This document shows, one piece after another, positions 15,401-23,029 of a stretch of 24,000 bases of DNA (position 1 is its first letter; each line of letters starts with the position of its first letter). A program made the position numbers and the translations under genes. The notes beneath the pieces are model-generated. The model was not told the DNA's origin. It saw only the letters and a program-made list of their open reading frames with translations, and made no database searches. The stretch comes from Muribaculaceae bacterium (GTDB taxonomy: Bacteria > Bacteroidota > Bacteroidia > Bacteroidales > Muribaculaceae), in the NCBI GenBank assembly GCA_045596365.1, contig JAZOCE010000011.1:22498-46497 (forward strand). Reading direction: 5' to 3'.

Positions 15401-16601
15401 CAAGGTCGTAGAATACAAATGCTCCATTGTATTCATCATCGGTAACATAAGTATCTACCAATACACCATTCTTATAAAGTTTAACGGTGCAATTATTCAA
15501 TGGCTTGTATATATCATCGGTACTTTGATTAGCGATATAGTAAGTGTGAGTAAAAGTTTGGTTACGGTCGCGCACGATGCCATAGATATAACCTGTTTTC
15601 TCCTTTTCCCAACCAAAATAATCAGCAATAGCGTGAGCATAAGAAATTCCCTCTATCGCACACACGTCTTTGTTCATGTGTCTGTTAACCGATGGATAAT
15701 AAGTGTGCATATATCCTTCCGACAAACACCCAACAGCTCCATGTTTCATAACACCATAATAGCCATAGTAAGTTTTATTGCTATATGTGTTGAGAGTTCC
15801 TGAACCGCGGTTGCCATTTAATGTAAATGAACCATTATTTAATAAATTAAAGTAGTCTTGCAAATTGACATCTCCACGTACATTATGCTCGGTCTTAAGT
15901 GGGGTATAACCACTCACATATTGATCTTTCCATTCTGTGGTGTAAGGCTCATGCTCTATAGTTGCCAAATGAGAGTAAACCAATTTGCTGAATTCATAAC
16001 TACTACCGGCTCCGTTAAGACCTGTGCCTGCATAATCCCAGTTCTTTCCATACCCGGTATCGGTAAATGCTGTGCTTCTATAATCCTCACCTCGATAAAT
16101 AACAAGAGGATAGTTCTCGTTGCTGCCTATTGTTCCGTCGGGAGAAGCATTTGAATGGACAGATATAAATATGTCTGGAGAAAATTGTTCTACTTCTAAA
16201 GCGATATCGGTACTGAGACCGCGGTCAGTAGAGTTGCCATTTTTAATGCGGGACATTACAAGATGTTGATTTTTGTAATTGTTTGCGTCAAACAATGCAT
16301 TTGTGCCATATTCAGGCACACCATAATCAACAAGTTTATGGTACATTGCCAAACATTTCCATAAGTTAGTGTTTGATTCAAAGAATGCAGTAGTGTCATT
16401 GGCAGTAGTGGCAGTCGTAACATTAGCTCCACGCTTAACTGTTCCCATTGGACGGCAATTGCTATTCCATCCACCATGTCCGGGGTTGATGTAGATTTTT
16501 ACATCTTTGGGGTCTTTTTTCACAACAGCAGCGTTGCTTGTAAGGGTTGATGCGGTTAATAGCGCTATTGCGCTAAGCATCAGGAATTTTCTAATGTTCA
16601 T
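12411..16601 (-). CDS. large T9SS-secreted multidomain protein with N-terminal Amidase_3-like (N-acetylmuramoyl-L-alanine amidase fold) domain
   Basis: Start moved to ATG 16601 (MNIRKFLMLSAIALLTASTLTSNA, a signal peptide). Amidase_3 motifs YINPGHGGW, FFESNTNLW, DIFISVHSNA and CLSEGYMH. A CarboxypepD_reg-like beta-sandwich follows (GIVRD...CTVKLYKNGVLVDTYVTDDEYNGAFVFYDLEPGDYTLDYECAGYQP). Then come a long beta-rich middle region and Fn3/Ig-like segments (e.g. PNITVTWEAPDSW). The C-terminus VEIYPIPATVSVTIKA...VGTYFVRVNNLAPVKIAKN is typical of a T9SS type A sorting domain. Confidence 0.85.
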   Translation of the reverse strand: MNIRKFLMLSAIALLTASTLTSNAAVVKKDPKDVKIYINPGHGGWNSNCRPMGTVKRGANVTTATTANDTTAFFESNTNLWKCLAMYHKLVDYGVPEYGTNALFDANNYKNQHLVMSRIKNGNSTDRGLSTDIALEVEQFSPDIFISVHSNASPDGTIGSNENYPLVIYRGEDYRSTAFTDTGYGKNWDYAGTGLNGAGSSYEFSKLVYSHLATIEHEPYTTEWKDQYVSGYTPLKTEHNVRGDVNLQDYFNLLNNGSFTLNGNRGSGTLNTYSNKTYYGYYGVMKHGAVGCLSEGYMHTYYPSVNRHMNKDVCAIEGISYAHAIADYFGWEKEKTGYIYGIVRDRNQTFTHTYYIANQSTDDIYKPLNNCTVKLYKNGVLVDTYVTDDEYNGAFVFYDLEPGDYTLDYECAGYQPASEGLKSTVVTVKANEISYPKAFLNAEGFTMKSEVSMQTTPVATHSTANWYGGSSTQKIYPRQIAVSNDVVYLIMVGGKRISYWNAATGTDGSFEWGQSGSNGMGICTDDYGNVIFASNQSATATVQTYNARTTEVTICPKSSGPGVVVSTTNAKVVNLSSVYTKVLSGVNASSGAVTNTAGITRVIRASGNCYSGTGALWLTNGRDVVKITIQNGVATNQDTYSTPLTDSSFSGSFGGSHNEDMAKESSFFPYADGKYMMIGRNGTFLCTLDGSTVDGFEYVENTWYAWNSADIGYIGGHEIIVHQANANSGTNLDGKITVIDRTTGTTLANKINAYGTATTAVSSDYISSSYISVNAWCEFDVIDQNTLALYTYVPNNGLAKYLITATQSPDDPVEVTGTVGSTEAEVVSNNYEPNITVTWEAPDSWTEQPTNYLVKYQVSYVNENNEVVYLNPAGGTSGEDYWYNAGMTEDATCQFVHEGVEFAVSSTNKKIYPLTYAYIIVPNFNCYDGEVSEISTSVTIDFVAPEPEWNDFSIEAVTETNEDGIEELKQYDATATWNGVAFDSNKEFSLQGYNLQLFRSDDTNRANPVASFSFKVSGLGELTNNVGAVLDDNGNAIENLTYSKTVDATGATINQFHFKAYDLDVLDINNDGSAVGKEFTAVVTAEYWIVDGEFVYSDSEITETCAKSYTPVAPSIKPTVYYYQNHEWGDWDADYYGNPAKGEYDKDDAYWKVYWVNMDITKPNAEVPVSSYTMTLASKGKSDVTEVMLYDPNGSLGLPIITEGYATGYVALPVDIAAETYSARSTVEATSATFTIPGNYDFSQAEEANVPMATFYVKDFDTTVNGGATDYDGNNSALNYTYTVAANYASGNSKISSTATGGATPVNGGVTTAVEEVEIVGNTSAVEIYPIPATVSVTIKASEAIEQVAIYSAAGAIVKSLQGDGECVMTIAVDDLEVGTYFVRVNNLAPVKIAKN

Positions 16602-16653
16602 GGTAATAAAGTAGTTTATAATAATTATTTGATTTTCAATGGTTATGAAAATG

Positions 16654-16661
16654 CAAAGATA
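16654..16661 (-). promoter_or_regulatory. -7 promoter element (TATCTTTG) for the giant T9SS gene
   Basis: The minus strand reads TATCTTTG, 52 nt upstream of ATG 16601. It lies inside the ORF-track N-terminal extension, which supports the 16601 start. Confidence 0.55.
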
Positions 16662-16712
16662 CAAATAAAAAGTAAAAATTAAAAAGTTAGGTGGAAAAAT
16701 AATGTGAATAAC

Positions 16713-16805
16713 CTATTAAGATTTAGCCCTTTGGGCAAATAGATATTCTGAAAATAGGAAGCAAGCCCGATAGGGCTTGGGTATAAATGACAGGGGGTAT
16801 CCCCC
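16713..16805. repeat. structured element, copy C (central two-hairpin core plus short variant arm)
   Basis: 16721-16778 aligns with 11287-11345 of copy A with about 7 differences in 59 nt. Both hairpin stems are intact and their loops differ (TTC to TTT, GACA to GATA). It ends in GGGGG-TAT-CCCCC (16793-16805), followed by AAGATG and a T7 run. Same orientation as A and B. Confidence 0.65.
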
Positions 16806-16821
16806 AAGATGTTTTTTTATT

Positions 16822-17175
16822 TTACCATTTAATGGTTACGGCGACAGATTGTAGTTGCGCGCTAATAGGGGGGGTAATCTTTGCAATGTGTATCATCCCG
16901 CCTTGGATTTTTGGGAAACGAGATATGAGGGAACTGCGTATGCGTCCTGCGACATGCTCAATCAGTTGAGATGGTTTTGCCATCTCTTTTTTTATTACGT
17001 CAACAACCTCAGAGTAGTTAAGCGTCGATTCTATGTTGTCGTTAATGAGCGCATCTTCGATGGGGTAGCGCAAATGTGCGGTTACCTCAAATGTGTTGCC
17101 GGTGATGTTCTCTTGTGGCGACACTCCATGATGTGCTTTGATGCGAAGGTTGTTGATTTCGATTGTCGCTTTCAT
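16822..17175 (-). CDS. folB: dihydroneopterin aldolase
   Basis: 117 aa. FolB/DHNA pattern: IEINNLRIKAHHGVSPQE..., ...LNYSEVVDVIKKE... Confidence 0.88.
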   Translation of the reverse strand: MKATIEINNLRIKAHHGVSPQENITGNTFEVTAHLRYPIEDALINDNIESTLNYSEVVDVIKKEMAKPSQLIEHVAGRIRSSLISRFPKIQGGMIHIAKITPPISAQLQSVAVTIKW

Positions 17176-17200
17176 TGGTTTTATTTCTTATCGTAAAGTA

Positions 17201-17208
17201 CAAAGATA
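17201..17208 (-). promoter_or_regulatory. -7 promoter element (TATCTTTG) for folB
   Basis: The minus strand reads TATCTTTG, 25 nt upstream of ATG 17175. Confidence 0.55.
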
Positions 17209-17218
17209 GTATATAAAT

Positions 17219-19360
17219 TTATTTTTTCATATCGGCAAGTGCAAAATCGAGTTGTTTGCGTTCAAGATTAGCTCGGGCAATCTGTACTCTGATTTTGTCG
17301 CCAAGTCGATAGCGGGTGTTGCTACGACGGCCAACGAGGCAGTAGTTGCGTTCATCAAAATCATAATAGTCATCGGCAAGGTCGCGCACCGGGACAAGTC
17401 CTTCGCACTTGTTATCGTCGAGTTCGACATATAATCCCCACTCGGTAACTCCTGAAATAACACCGTCGTATATTTCGCCGAGGTGGTCGCCAAGATATTC
17501 AACCTGTTTGTATTTGATAGATGAACGCTCGGCATTGGCAGCAAGTTGTTCCATGTCAGAGGAGTGCTTGCACAGGTCTTCGAGTTTGTTGAGGTTTACG
17601 CTGCGTCCTCCATTGAGATAGCGATCAAGAAGTCGGTGTACCATCATGTCGGGGTAACGGCGAATGGGTGATGTAAAATGAGTGTAATAATCAAACCCCA
17701 GTCCATAGTGTCCTATGTTGGCAGTAGTGTAGACGGCTTTTGCCATCGAGCGTATCGCAAGTGTTGATAGAAGATTTTCTTCCCCTTTGCCTTTTACGTC
17801 GCAGAGCATGCGGTTGATGGAACGGTTTACGTCTTTAGGCGAGCCTTGGTTTTTTACTTTGTAGCCGAAGGTGCGCGATAGAGCAGCGAGGTCTGATAGT
17901 TTGCCGGGATCGGGCTGGTCATGTACTCGATAAACAAATGTTTTGGCCTTTTTGTGGTCAGCGGGGTTGCCTATTGTTTGAGCTACTGTGCGATTGGCGA
18001 GTAGCATGAACTCTTCGATGAGTTTGTTGGCATCTTTTGATACTTTGAAATATACTCCAATGGGGTGTCCTGTCTCGTCGATGTCAAAGCGCACCTCATG
18101 TCGGTCAAATTCGACTGCTCCGTTTTCATAGCGTTGTCGGCGCAAGATTTTTGCCATGTTGTCAAGCATAATAATCTCTTCGGCATAGTCGCCTTTGCCG
18201 GTCTCGATGATTTCTTGCGCTTCTTCATAGGTAAATCGACGATTGCTTTTGGTAACGGTGCGTGCAATGTGTCGGTTGATAACTTTGGCATTCTTGTCCA
18301 TTTCAAAGATGCAAGAGAATGTGAGCTTTTCTTCGTCGGGACGTAGTGAGCATATGCCGTTGCTGAGATGTTCGGGAAGCATGGGGACAACGCGGTCAAC
18401 GAGGTATACCGATGTTGCACGTTTTTGCGCTTCGCGATCTATTATGGTGTCGGGCGTTACATAGTGAGTAACATCAGCGATGTGCACACCCACCTCATAG
18501 TTGCCGTTATCTAATCGACGGAAGGAAAGGGCGTCGTCAAAGTCTTTGGCGTCTTTGGGATCAATGGTGAATGTGGTAACGTCTCTCATGTCAAGGCGAG
18601 AGGCGATGACTTCCGGGGTAATCCCTGCATCAATTTTTGCCGCGGCTTTTTCGACTGCTTCGGGGTAGCGGTAGGGGAGTCCATATTCTGCGAGTATGGC
18701 GTGTATCTCGGCATTGTTTTCTCCTGCTTTGCCCAGTATGTCAATGATTTCTCCTTGCGGATTTTTTACATCTTCAGGCCAATTGGTTATGCGGGCAATG
18801 GCTTTGTCTCCTGTTTTGCCACCTTTGAGTTTTGCTTTGGGGATGAATATATCGGTAGCGAGATATTTGGAGTCGGTCAATAGGTAACCGAATGATTTTT
18901 CTACTTGTAGTGTGCCTATAAATACTTGGTCGGCTTTTTCAATAATTTCAATTACTTCAGCTTCAGGCTCGGCTCCACGTCGGTGTGCTGCAATGATGAC
19001 TTTTACTTTGTCTCCGTTTAGGGCATGCATAGAGTTGCGTTCAGCCACGAAGATTGATTCTCCATCATTGTCGGTGATGACGCTGTTTTTACCATTGCTG
19101 CGACGCACGAATACTCCGGTCATTACATTGCTGCGATGAGGGGATTTGTATTTGCCCGGAGTTGTTTCGATGAGGTCTCCGTCAAATGCCATTTCGGCAA
19201 GAATCATGGCTACGGATTTTTGTTGCGCATGGGTGGTTGCCCCAATGGCATGAGAAACTTGTTTGTAATTAAACGTGTTGTTTTTCTGAGCGTTAATGAA
19301 TTCACTGACTTTTAGCAGTAATTCGGAGTTTCTCTTTTTTGATTTGTTTGCTCGAGCCAT
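17219..19360 (-). CDS. rnr: ribonuclease R
   Basis: 713 aa. RNB catalytic motifs (FTIDPKDAKDFDDALS, HIADVTHYV, YLVDRVVPMLPE, HYGLGFDYYTHFTSPIRRYPD) and a C-terminal S1 domain (GVISGVTEWGLYVELD). Confidence 0.95.
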   Translation of the reverse strand: MARANKSKKRNSELLLKVSEFINAQKNNTFNYKQVSHAIGATTHAQQKSVAMILAEMAFDGDLIETTPGKYKSPHRSNVMTGVFVRRSNGKNSVITDNDGESIFVAERNSMHALNGDKVKVIIAAHRRGAEPEAEVIEIIEKADQVFIGTLQVEKSFGYLLTDSKYLATDIFIPKAKLKGGKTGDKAIARITNWPEDVKNPQGEIIDILGKAGENNAEIHAILAEYGLPYRYPEAVEKAAAKIDAGITPEVIASRLDMRDVTTFTIDPKDAKDFDDALSFRRLDNGNYEVGVHIADVTHYVTPDTIIDREAQKRATSVYLVDRVVPMLPEHLSNGICSLRPDEEKLTFSCIFEMDKNAKVINRHIARTVTKSNRRFTYEEAQEIIETGKGDYAEEIIMLDNMAKILRRQRYENGAVEFDRHEVRFDIDETGHPIGVYFKVSKDANKLIEEFMLLANRTVAQTIGNPADHKKAKTFVYRVHDQPDPGKLSDLAALSRTFGYKVKNQGSPKDVNRSINRMLCDVKGKGEENLLSTLAIRSMAKAVYTTANIGHYGLGFDYYTHFTSPIRRYPDMMVHRLLDRYLNGGRSVNLNKLEDLCKHSSDMEQLAANAERSSIKYKQVEYLGDHLGEIYDGVISGVTEWGLYVELDDNKCEGLVPVRDLADDYYDFDERNYCLVGRRSNTRYRLGDKIRVQIARANLERKQLDFALADMKK

Positions 19361-19425
19361 GATTTATCGTTTTAATGGTTATGTATATAGATAAACACTC
19401 GAAGATGAGTTGGGGTTTTAGGTTA

Positions 19426-19457
19426 AAGGCGTGTCGTATTTTTTTGCGACACGCCTT
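19426..19457 (-). terminator. hairpin downstream of gyrB (probable terminator)
   Basis: 11-bp stem AAGGCGTGTCG/CGACACGCCTT (19426-19436 / 19447-19457), starting 6 nt after the gyrB stop. The U-tail on the minus strand is weak (TTTAACC). The T-run is better on the plus strand. Confidence 0.5.
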
Positions 19458-19462
19458 GTTTT

Positions 19463-21394
19463 TTATGCGTCAATATTTGCGTAATTGGCATTAGCTTCAA
19501 TAAATTCGCGTCGTGGACCAACGTCTTCACCCATGAGCATTGAGAAGATGCGGTCGGCTTCGGCAGCATCGCTGATATTGACTTGCTTAAGGAGTCGTTT
19601 CTCGGGAGCCATTGTCGTTTCACGCAATTCTTCGGCGCTCATTTCTCCAAGACCTTTGTATCGTTGAACTTTTGTTTTGTCTCCATTGGCTGCAATGAAA
19701 CGTTGAACATCGGCATCGGTCCAGCAGTATTCTTCTACTTTTCCTCGTGTACATTTGTATAAAGGAGGTGTAGCAAGGTAAAGGTATCCTTTTTCGATTA
19801 CCGGACGCATGCGACGGAAGAAGAATGTCATTAATAGAGTAGCGATGTGGCTACCATCGACATCGGCATCGGTCATGATGATGATTTTGTGGTAGGCGAT
19901 GCGAGAAATGTTGACCTCTTTGGGGTCTTCTTCTGTTCCTATCGTTACACGCATTGCGCGGAATAGACTTGTGATTTCTTGATTGTCAAAAATCTTGTGG
20001 TCCATTGCTTTTTCCACGTTAAGAATTTTTCCGCGTAGAGGAAGAATGGCTTGGAATGTGCGGTCGCGTCCTTGCTTTGCTGTACCGCCTGCAGAGTCCC
20101 CTTCGACAAGGAATAGTTCGCAGTCTTCGGCAGTGCGTGATGAGCAGTCGGCAAGTTTGCCGGGAAGGCCACCTCCGCTAAGTGGAGACTTGCGTTGGAT
20201 TTTAACGCGAGCGTTGTATGCCGCATGGCGAGCTTGTGCTGCCAAGATTACTTTTTCGACGATTGTCTTTGCTTGTTTTGGGTGCTCTTCAAGATAGTTG
20301 CGTAGAGCTTCGCTCACAGCTGCTTGCACGGCTCCTATTACTTCGTTGTTGCCGAGTTTTGTTTTGGTTTGTCCCTCAAACTGGGGCTCCATTACTTTAA
20401 CCGATACGACTGCTGTTAATCCTTCGCGGAAATCGGCGGGGTCGATGTCGATTTTTACTTTTTCGAGCATTTTAGAGTCTTCAGCATATTTCTTCAATGT
20501 AGAAGTCAATCCACGACGGAAGCCTGTGAGGTGTGTACCACCTTCAATGGTGTTGATGTTGTTTACAAAAGAGTAAACATTTTCATTGTAGGTGCTGTTG
20601 TATGTCAATGCGACTTCAACGGGTATGCCTTGACGCTCGGTGTTGAGGTGTATGACGTCTTGAATGAGAGATTCTTTGTTTGAATCGATGTATTCAACGA
20701 ATTCACGAAGGCCGTCTTTAGAATAGAATTCTTCGTGTTTTGGTAGCCCGTTTTCGTCTAATTCGCGCATGTCGGTCAATGTCAAGCAGATGCCGGCATT
20801 AAGGAATGCGAGGTCGCGAAGTCGATTAGCAAGCGTTTTGTAGTCGTAGATGGTTGTAGTGAAGATTGTGTCATCGGGCAAGAATGTAACACTTGTTCCG
20901 GTGTGATCGCTATCGCCTTCGATGCGGAGCTCGGTTGTGGGTTTGCCATAAGCATACTCTTGAACGTGAATTTTGCCGTTGCGATGAACTTCGGCTTTTA
21001 GATAGGATGATAGTGCGTTAACACATGAAACCCCCACGCCATGAAGACCTCCGGATACTTTGTAGGAGCCTTTGTCGAATTTACCTCCTGCGTGAAGGAC
21101 TGTTAATACTACCTCAAGTGCCGATTTCCCTTCTTTTTCGTGCATATCAATGGGGATACCACGCCCATTGTCCACGACTGTGATGGAGTTATTCTCGTTG
21201 ATGGTAACATCAATATGGTTGGCATATCCTGCAAGTGCTTCGTCTATGGAGTTGTCAACAACTTCATAGACCAAGTGGTGCAGACCTTTAACGCTTATAT
21301 CGCCAATGTACATTGCCGGACGTTTGCGGACGGCTTCAAGACCTTCAAGGACTTGAATATTACTGGCGCTATATTCCTCTTTTTCTTCTGACAT
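19463..21394 (-). CDS. gyrB: DNA gyrase subunit B
   Basis: 643 aa. GHKL ATPase motifs (YEVVDNSIDEA, GGLHGVGVS), Toprim EGDSAGG, PLRGKILNVE and DADVDGSHI. Confidence 0.97.
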   Translation of the reverse strand: MSEEKEEYSASNIQVLEGLEAVRKRPAMYIGDISVKGLHHLVYEVVDNSIDEALAGYANHIDVTINENNSITVVDNGRGIPIDMHEKEGKSALEVVLTVLHAGGKFDKGSYKVSGGLHGVGVSCVNALSSYLKAEVHRNGKIHVQEYAYGKPTTELRIEGDSDHTGTSVTFLPDDTIFTTTIYDYKTLANRLRDLAFLNAGICLTLTDMRELDENGLPKHEEFYSKDGLREFVEYIDSNKESLIQDVIHLNTERQGIPVEVALTYNSTYNENVYSFVNNINTIEGGTHLTGFRRGLTSTLKKYAEDSKMLEKVKIDIDPADFREGLTAVVSVKVMEPQFEGQTKTKLGNNEVIGAVQAAVSEALRNYLEEHPKQAKTIVEKVILAAQARHAAYNARVKIQRKSPLSGGGLPGKLADCSSRTAEDCELFLVEGDSAGGTAKQGRDRTFQAILPLRGKILNVEKAMDHKIFDNQEITSLFRAMRVTIGTEEDPKEVNISRIAYHKIIIMTDADVDGSHIATLLMTFFFRRMRPVIEKGYLYLATPPLYKCTRGKVEEYCWTDADVQRFIAANGDKTKVQRYKGLGEMSAEELRETTMAPEKRLLKQVNISDAAEADRIFSMLMGEDVGPRREFIEANANYANIDA

Positions 21395-21471
21395 AGTTTA
21401 TTATAGTGTTTGTTTGTTCTTAATGATTTATCTGCGATGTTTTGCAGTTTAGTCGTCTTGTAATTAGCAAA

Positions 21472-21479
21472 CAAAGGTA
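21472..21479 (-). promoter_or_regulatory. -7 promoter element (TACCTTTG) for gyrB
   Basis: The minus strand reads CTACCTTTGT, 77 nt upstream of ATG 21394. Confidence 0.5.
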
Positions 21480-21601
21480 GCAAAAAAACGTGGTATTACC
21501 AAATTTTTTGCAAGGGTATTGGCGTGTATTAGTTGAGATGGTGAAATGGTGAAAAATTGTAAAAAATGTGAAGAATGTTTGCGTGGCTCATTAAAGAGTT
21601 T

Positions 21602-21609
21602 TACCTTTG
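21602..21609 (+). promoter_or_regulatory. -7 promoter element (TTACCTTTGC) for tRNA-Pro
   Basis: TACCTTTG sits 16 nt upstream of the tRNA 5' end. Confidence 0.55.
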
Positions 21610-21625
21610 CATCGCTTTTGCAAAC

Positions 21626-21700
21626 CGGGATGTAGCTCAGCCAGGTTAGAGTACGCGTCTGGGGGGCGTGTGGTCGGAAGTTCGAATCTTCTCATCCCGA
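21626..21700 (+). tRNA. tRNA-Pro (anticodon GGG)
   Basis: Hand-folded cloverleaf. Acceptor CGGGATG/CATCCCG, D-stem GCTC/GAGT, anticodon stem CGCGT/GCGTG (two G-U pairs) with loop CTGGGGG (anticodon GGG). T-stem GGAAG/CTTCT with loop TTCGAAT, discriminator A. 75 nt. Confidence 0.88.
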
Positions 21701-21742
21701 CAAAAAAAAGAGGTTGTTTCACTGAAGCAACCTCTTTTTTTT
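21701..21742. terminator. bidirectional intrinsic terminator shared by tRNA-Pro (+) and the convergent GT2 gene (-)
   Basis: A8 run, stem AGAGGTTG/CAACCTCT around the loop TTTCACTGAAG, then a T8 run. The GT2 stop is at 21746. Confidence 0.75.
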
Positions 21743-21745
21743 GTG

Positions 21746-22921
21746 TTATATCTTTTGCCAAGTGTAATTCCATTTGTCGGCTTTGCGACTTCGCAAGCGA
21801 TGCAGGATGTTGTGGATGGGGCGGAATAATAACATTAGAGGAATTGTTAGCATCGGTTTGCGGGAATGTAGGGCTATTGATGTGTTTCGCCATGATATGA
21901 TGAGGGGAATCCAGAGAATTAGTGATAGAATAAACATAGCGATTGCTATCAATAGATTGGGTAATGATGTTGTGATTGACAAGATGGTGAAAATAAGCCA
22001 CAGCCAAATCATAGCCGAACTTGTGCCAAAGAAATTATCGGCTGTGTGCTTGATGTATTTAGAGTTGAAATTGCGTATTGATTTTTGTTCGGTGTAAACC
22101 TCTTTGGGGTTGCGGCGATAAATACATTCGATATAGGAATTAGGCGATAGCTCCACAGCGGTATTGTCGGGTGTTGCTATCTCGCTGATGAAAATATCGT
22201 CGTCTCCGTGGTGGAGATTAAGTGAACGAGAGAATCCTTTGTTGCGGAAAAATAATTCACGACTATAAGCAATATTGGCGTCAATGCCACGGTAGGGCTT
22301 GTTTTTGATTGCAGAAGATAGGTATTTGGTTGCATCGATTACAGAATTGAATGCACGTGAGCGAGCTCCGAGTTTCTTGTCGGCTGAAATGGGATAAGAT
22401 GCATATCCGATGACGATTTCTTTCCCTTTTGCAAAGTGTTGAGCTATGGATGTTAACCAATTCTTTGATGTAATTCGGCAGGAGGAGTTTGTTATTATAA
22501 CATAATCATGTTTTGCCGCCTTGATACCTATCGTAAGAGAAAGTTTTTTGCGACTTAGATATTTTGCTTCATCAGGGGTATAGGTGATGTAGAGGTTTTT
22601 GTAGGTTTGACTGAGCTGGGTAACAATATCTTTTGTCGTTTCTGAGGAACCGTCATTTACTACAATGACTTCATAGGGTGATGGGTAGTCTTGGTTTAGT
22701 ATGTCGGTGAGTATGTGAGCAAGATTGTCGGAGTTGTTGTTGGAATATACAATTACTGAAACCGACGGAAGTGTAATCTCAGGGAGCGGTAGCGTGCAAT
22801 TTTTTGCATGCTTGGCAATGCATGATATTCTACTGCGATAAAATATCAGTAAAAATACAATGGGGATAATTGATGCACATGCAAAAATTATAGAATTCAG
22901 GGGGGGCTGCAATGAAAACAT
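21746..22921 (-). CDS. membrane-bound glycosyltransferase family 2
   Basis: 391 aa. N-terminal TM helix, then a GT-A domain (VSVIVYSNNN...YEVIVVNDGSSETT, HGDDDIF), then about three C-terminal TM helices. Divergent from the wza-like gene. Confidence 0.8.
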   Translation of the reverse strand: MFSLQPPLNSIIFACASIIPIVFLLIFYRSRISCIAKHAKNCTLPLPEITLPSVSVIVYSNNNSDNLAHILTDILNQDYPSPYEVIVVNDGSSETTKDIVTQLSQTYKNLYITYTPDEAKYLSRKKLSLTIGIKAAKHDYVIITNSSCRITSKNWLTSIAQHFAKGKEIVIGYASYPISADKKLGARSRAFNSVIDATKYLSSAIKNKPYRGIDANIAYSRELFFRNKGFSRSLNLHHGDDDIFISEIATPDNTAVELSPNSYIECIYRRNPKEVYTEQKSIRNFNSKYIKHTADNFFGTSSAMIWLWLIFTILSITTSLPNLLIAIAMFILSLILWIPLIISWRNTSIALHSRKPMLTIPLMLLFRPIHNILHRLRSRKADKWNYTWQKI

Positions 22922-22943
22922 GATTATAGATTGAATTGATTTG

Positions 22944-22951
22944 CAAAGGTA
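22944..22951 (-). promoter_or_regulatory. -7 promoter element (TACCTTTG) for the GT2 gene
   Basis: The minus strand reads CTACCTTTGC, 22 nt upstream of ATG 22921. Confidence 0.55.
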
Positions 22952-23021
22952 GTAATTGTTTTATAAATAGTCTAAAAAAAGTGTTGTACAAACATTATTT
23001 TGAAATCATATTTTAAATGTC

Positions 23022-23029
23022 TACCTTTG
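23022..23029 (+). promoter_or_regulatory. -7 promoter element (TACCTTTG) for the polysaccharide export operon
   Basis: CTACCTTTGT sits 81 nt upstream of ATG 23111. Confidence 0.55.

Noticed and set aside
12411-16601. The giant surface protein as a diversity-generating retroelement target
   Set aside because: There is no reverse transcriptase and no template-repeat copy of any part of the gene in the window.
11213-16805. The three repeat copies as a CRISPR array or integron attC sites
   Set aside because: The copies are 0.7-4.4 kb apart and about 60-210 bp long, with no short regular repeat-spacer periodicity and no cas genes. I see no integron integrase and no attC core sites (GTTRRRY / RYYYAAC) at the element ends.
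21510-21590. Short direct repeats (ATGGTGAAATGGTGAAAAA, TGTAAAAAATGTGAAGAATG) between gyrB and tRNA-Pro
   Set aside because: They are very short and low-complexity, with no associated structure or ORF. They lie in the region between two divergent promoters and I cannot support any function.
21591-22007. 138-aa (-) and 97-aa (+, 21607..21900) ORFs near 21.6-22.0 kb
   Set aside because: They overlap tRNA-Pro and its terminator, and are out of frame with or antisense to the well-supported GT2 gene.
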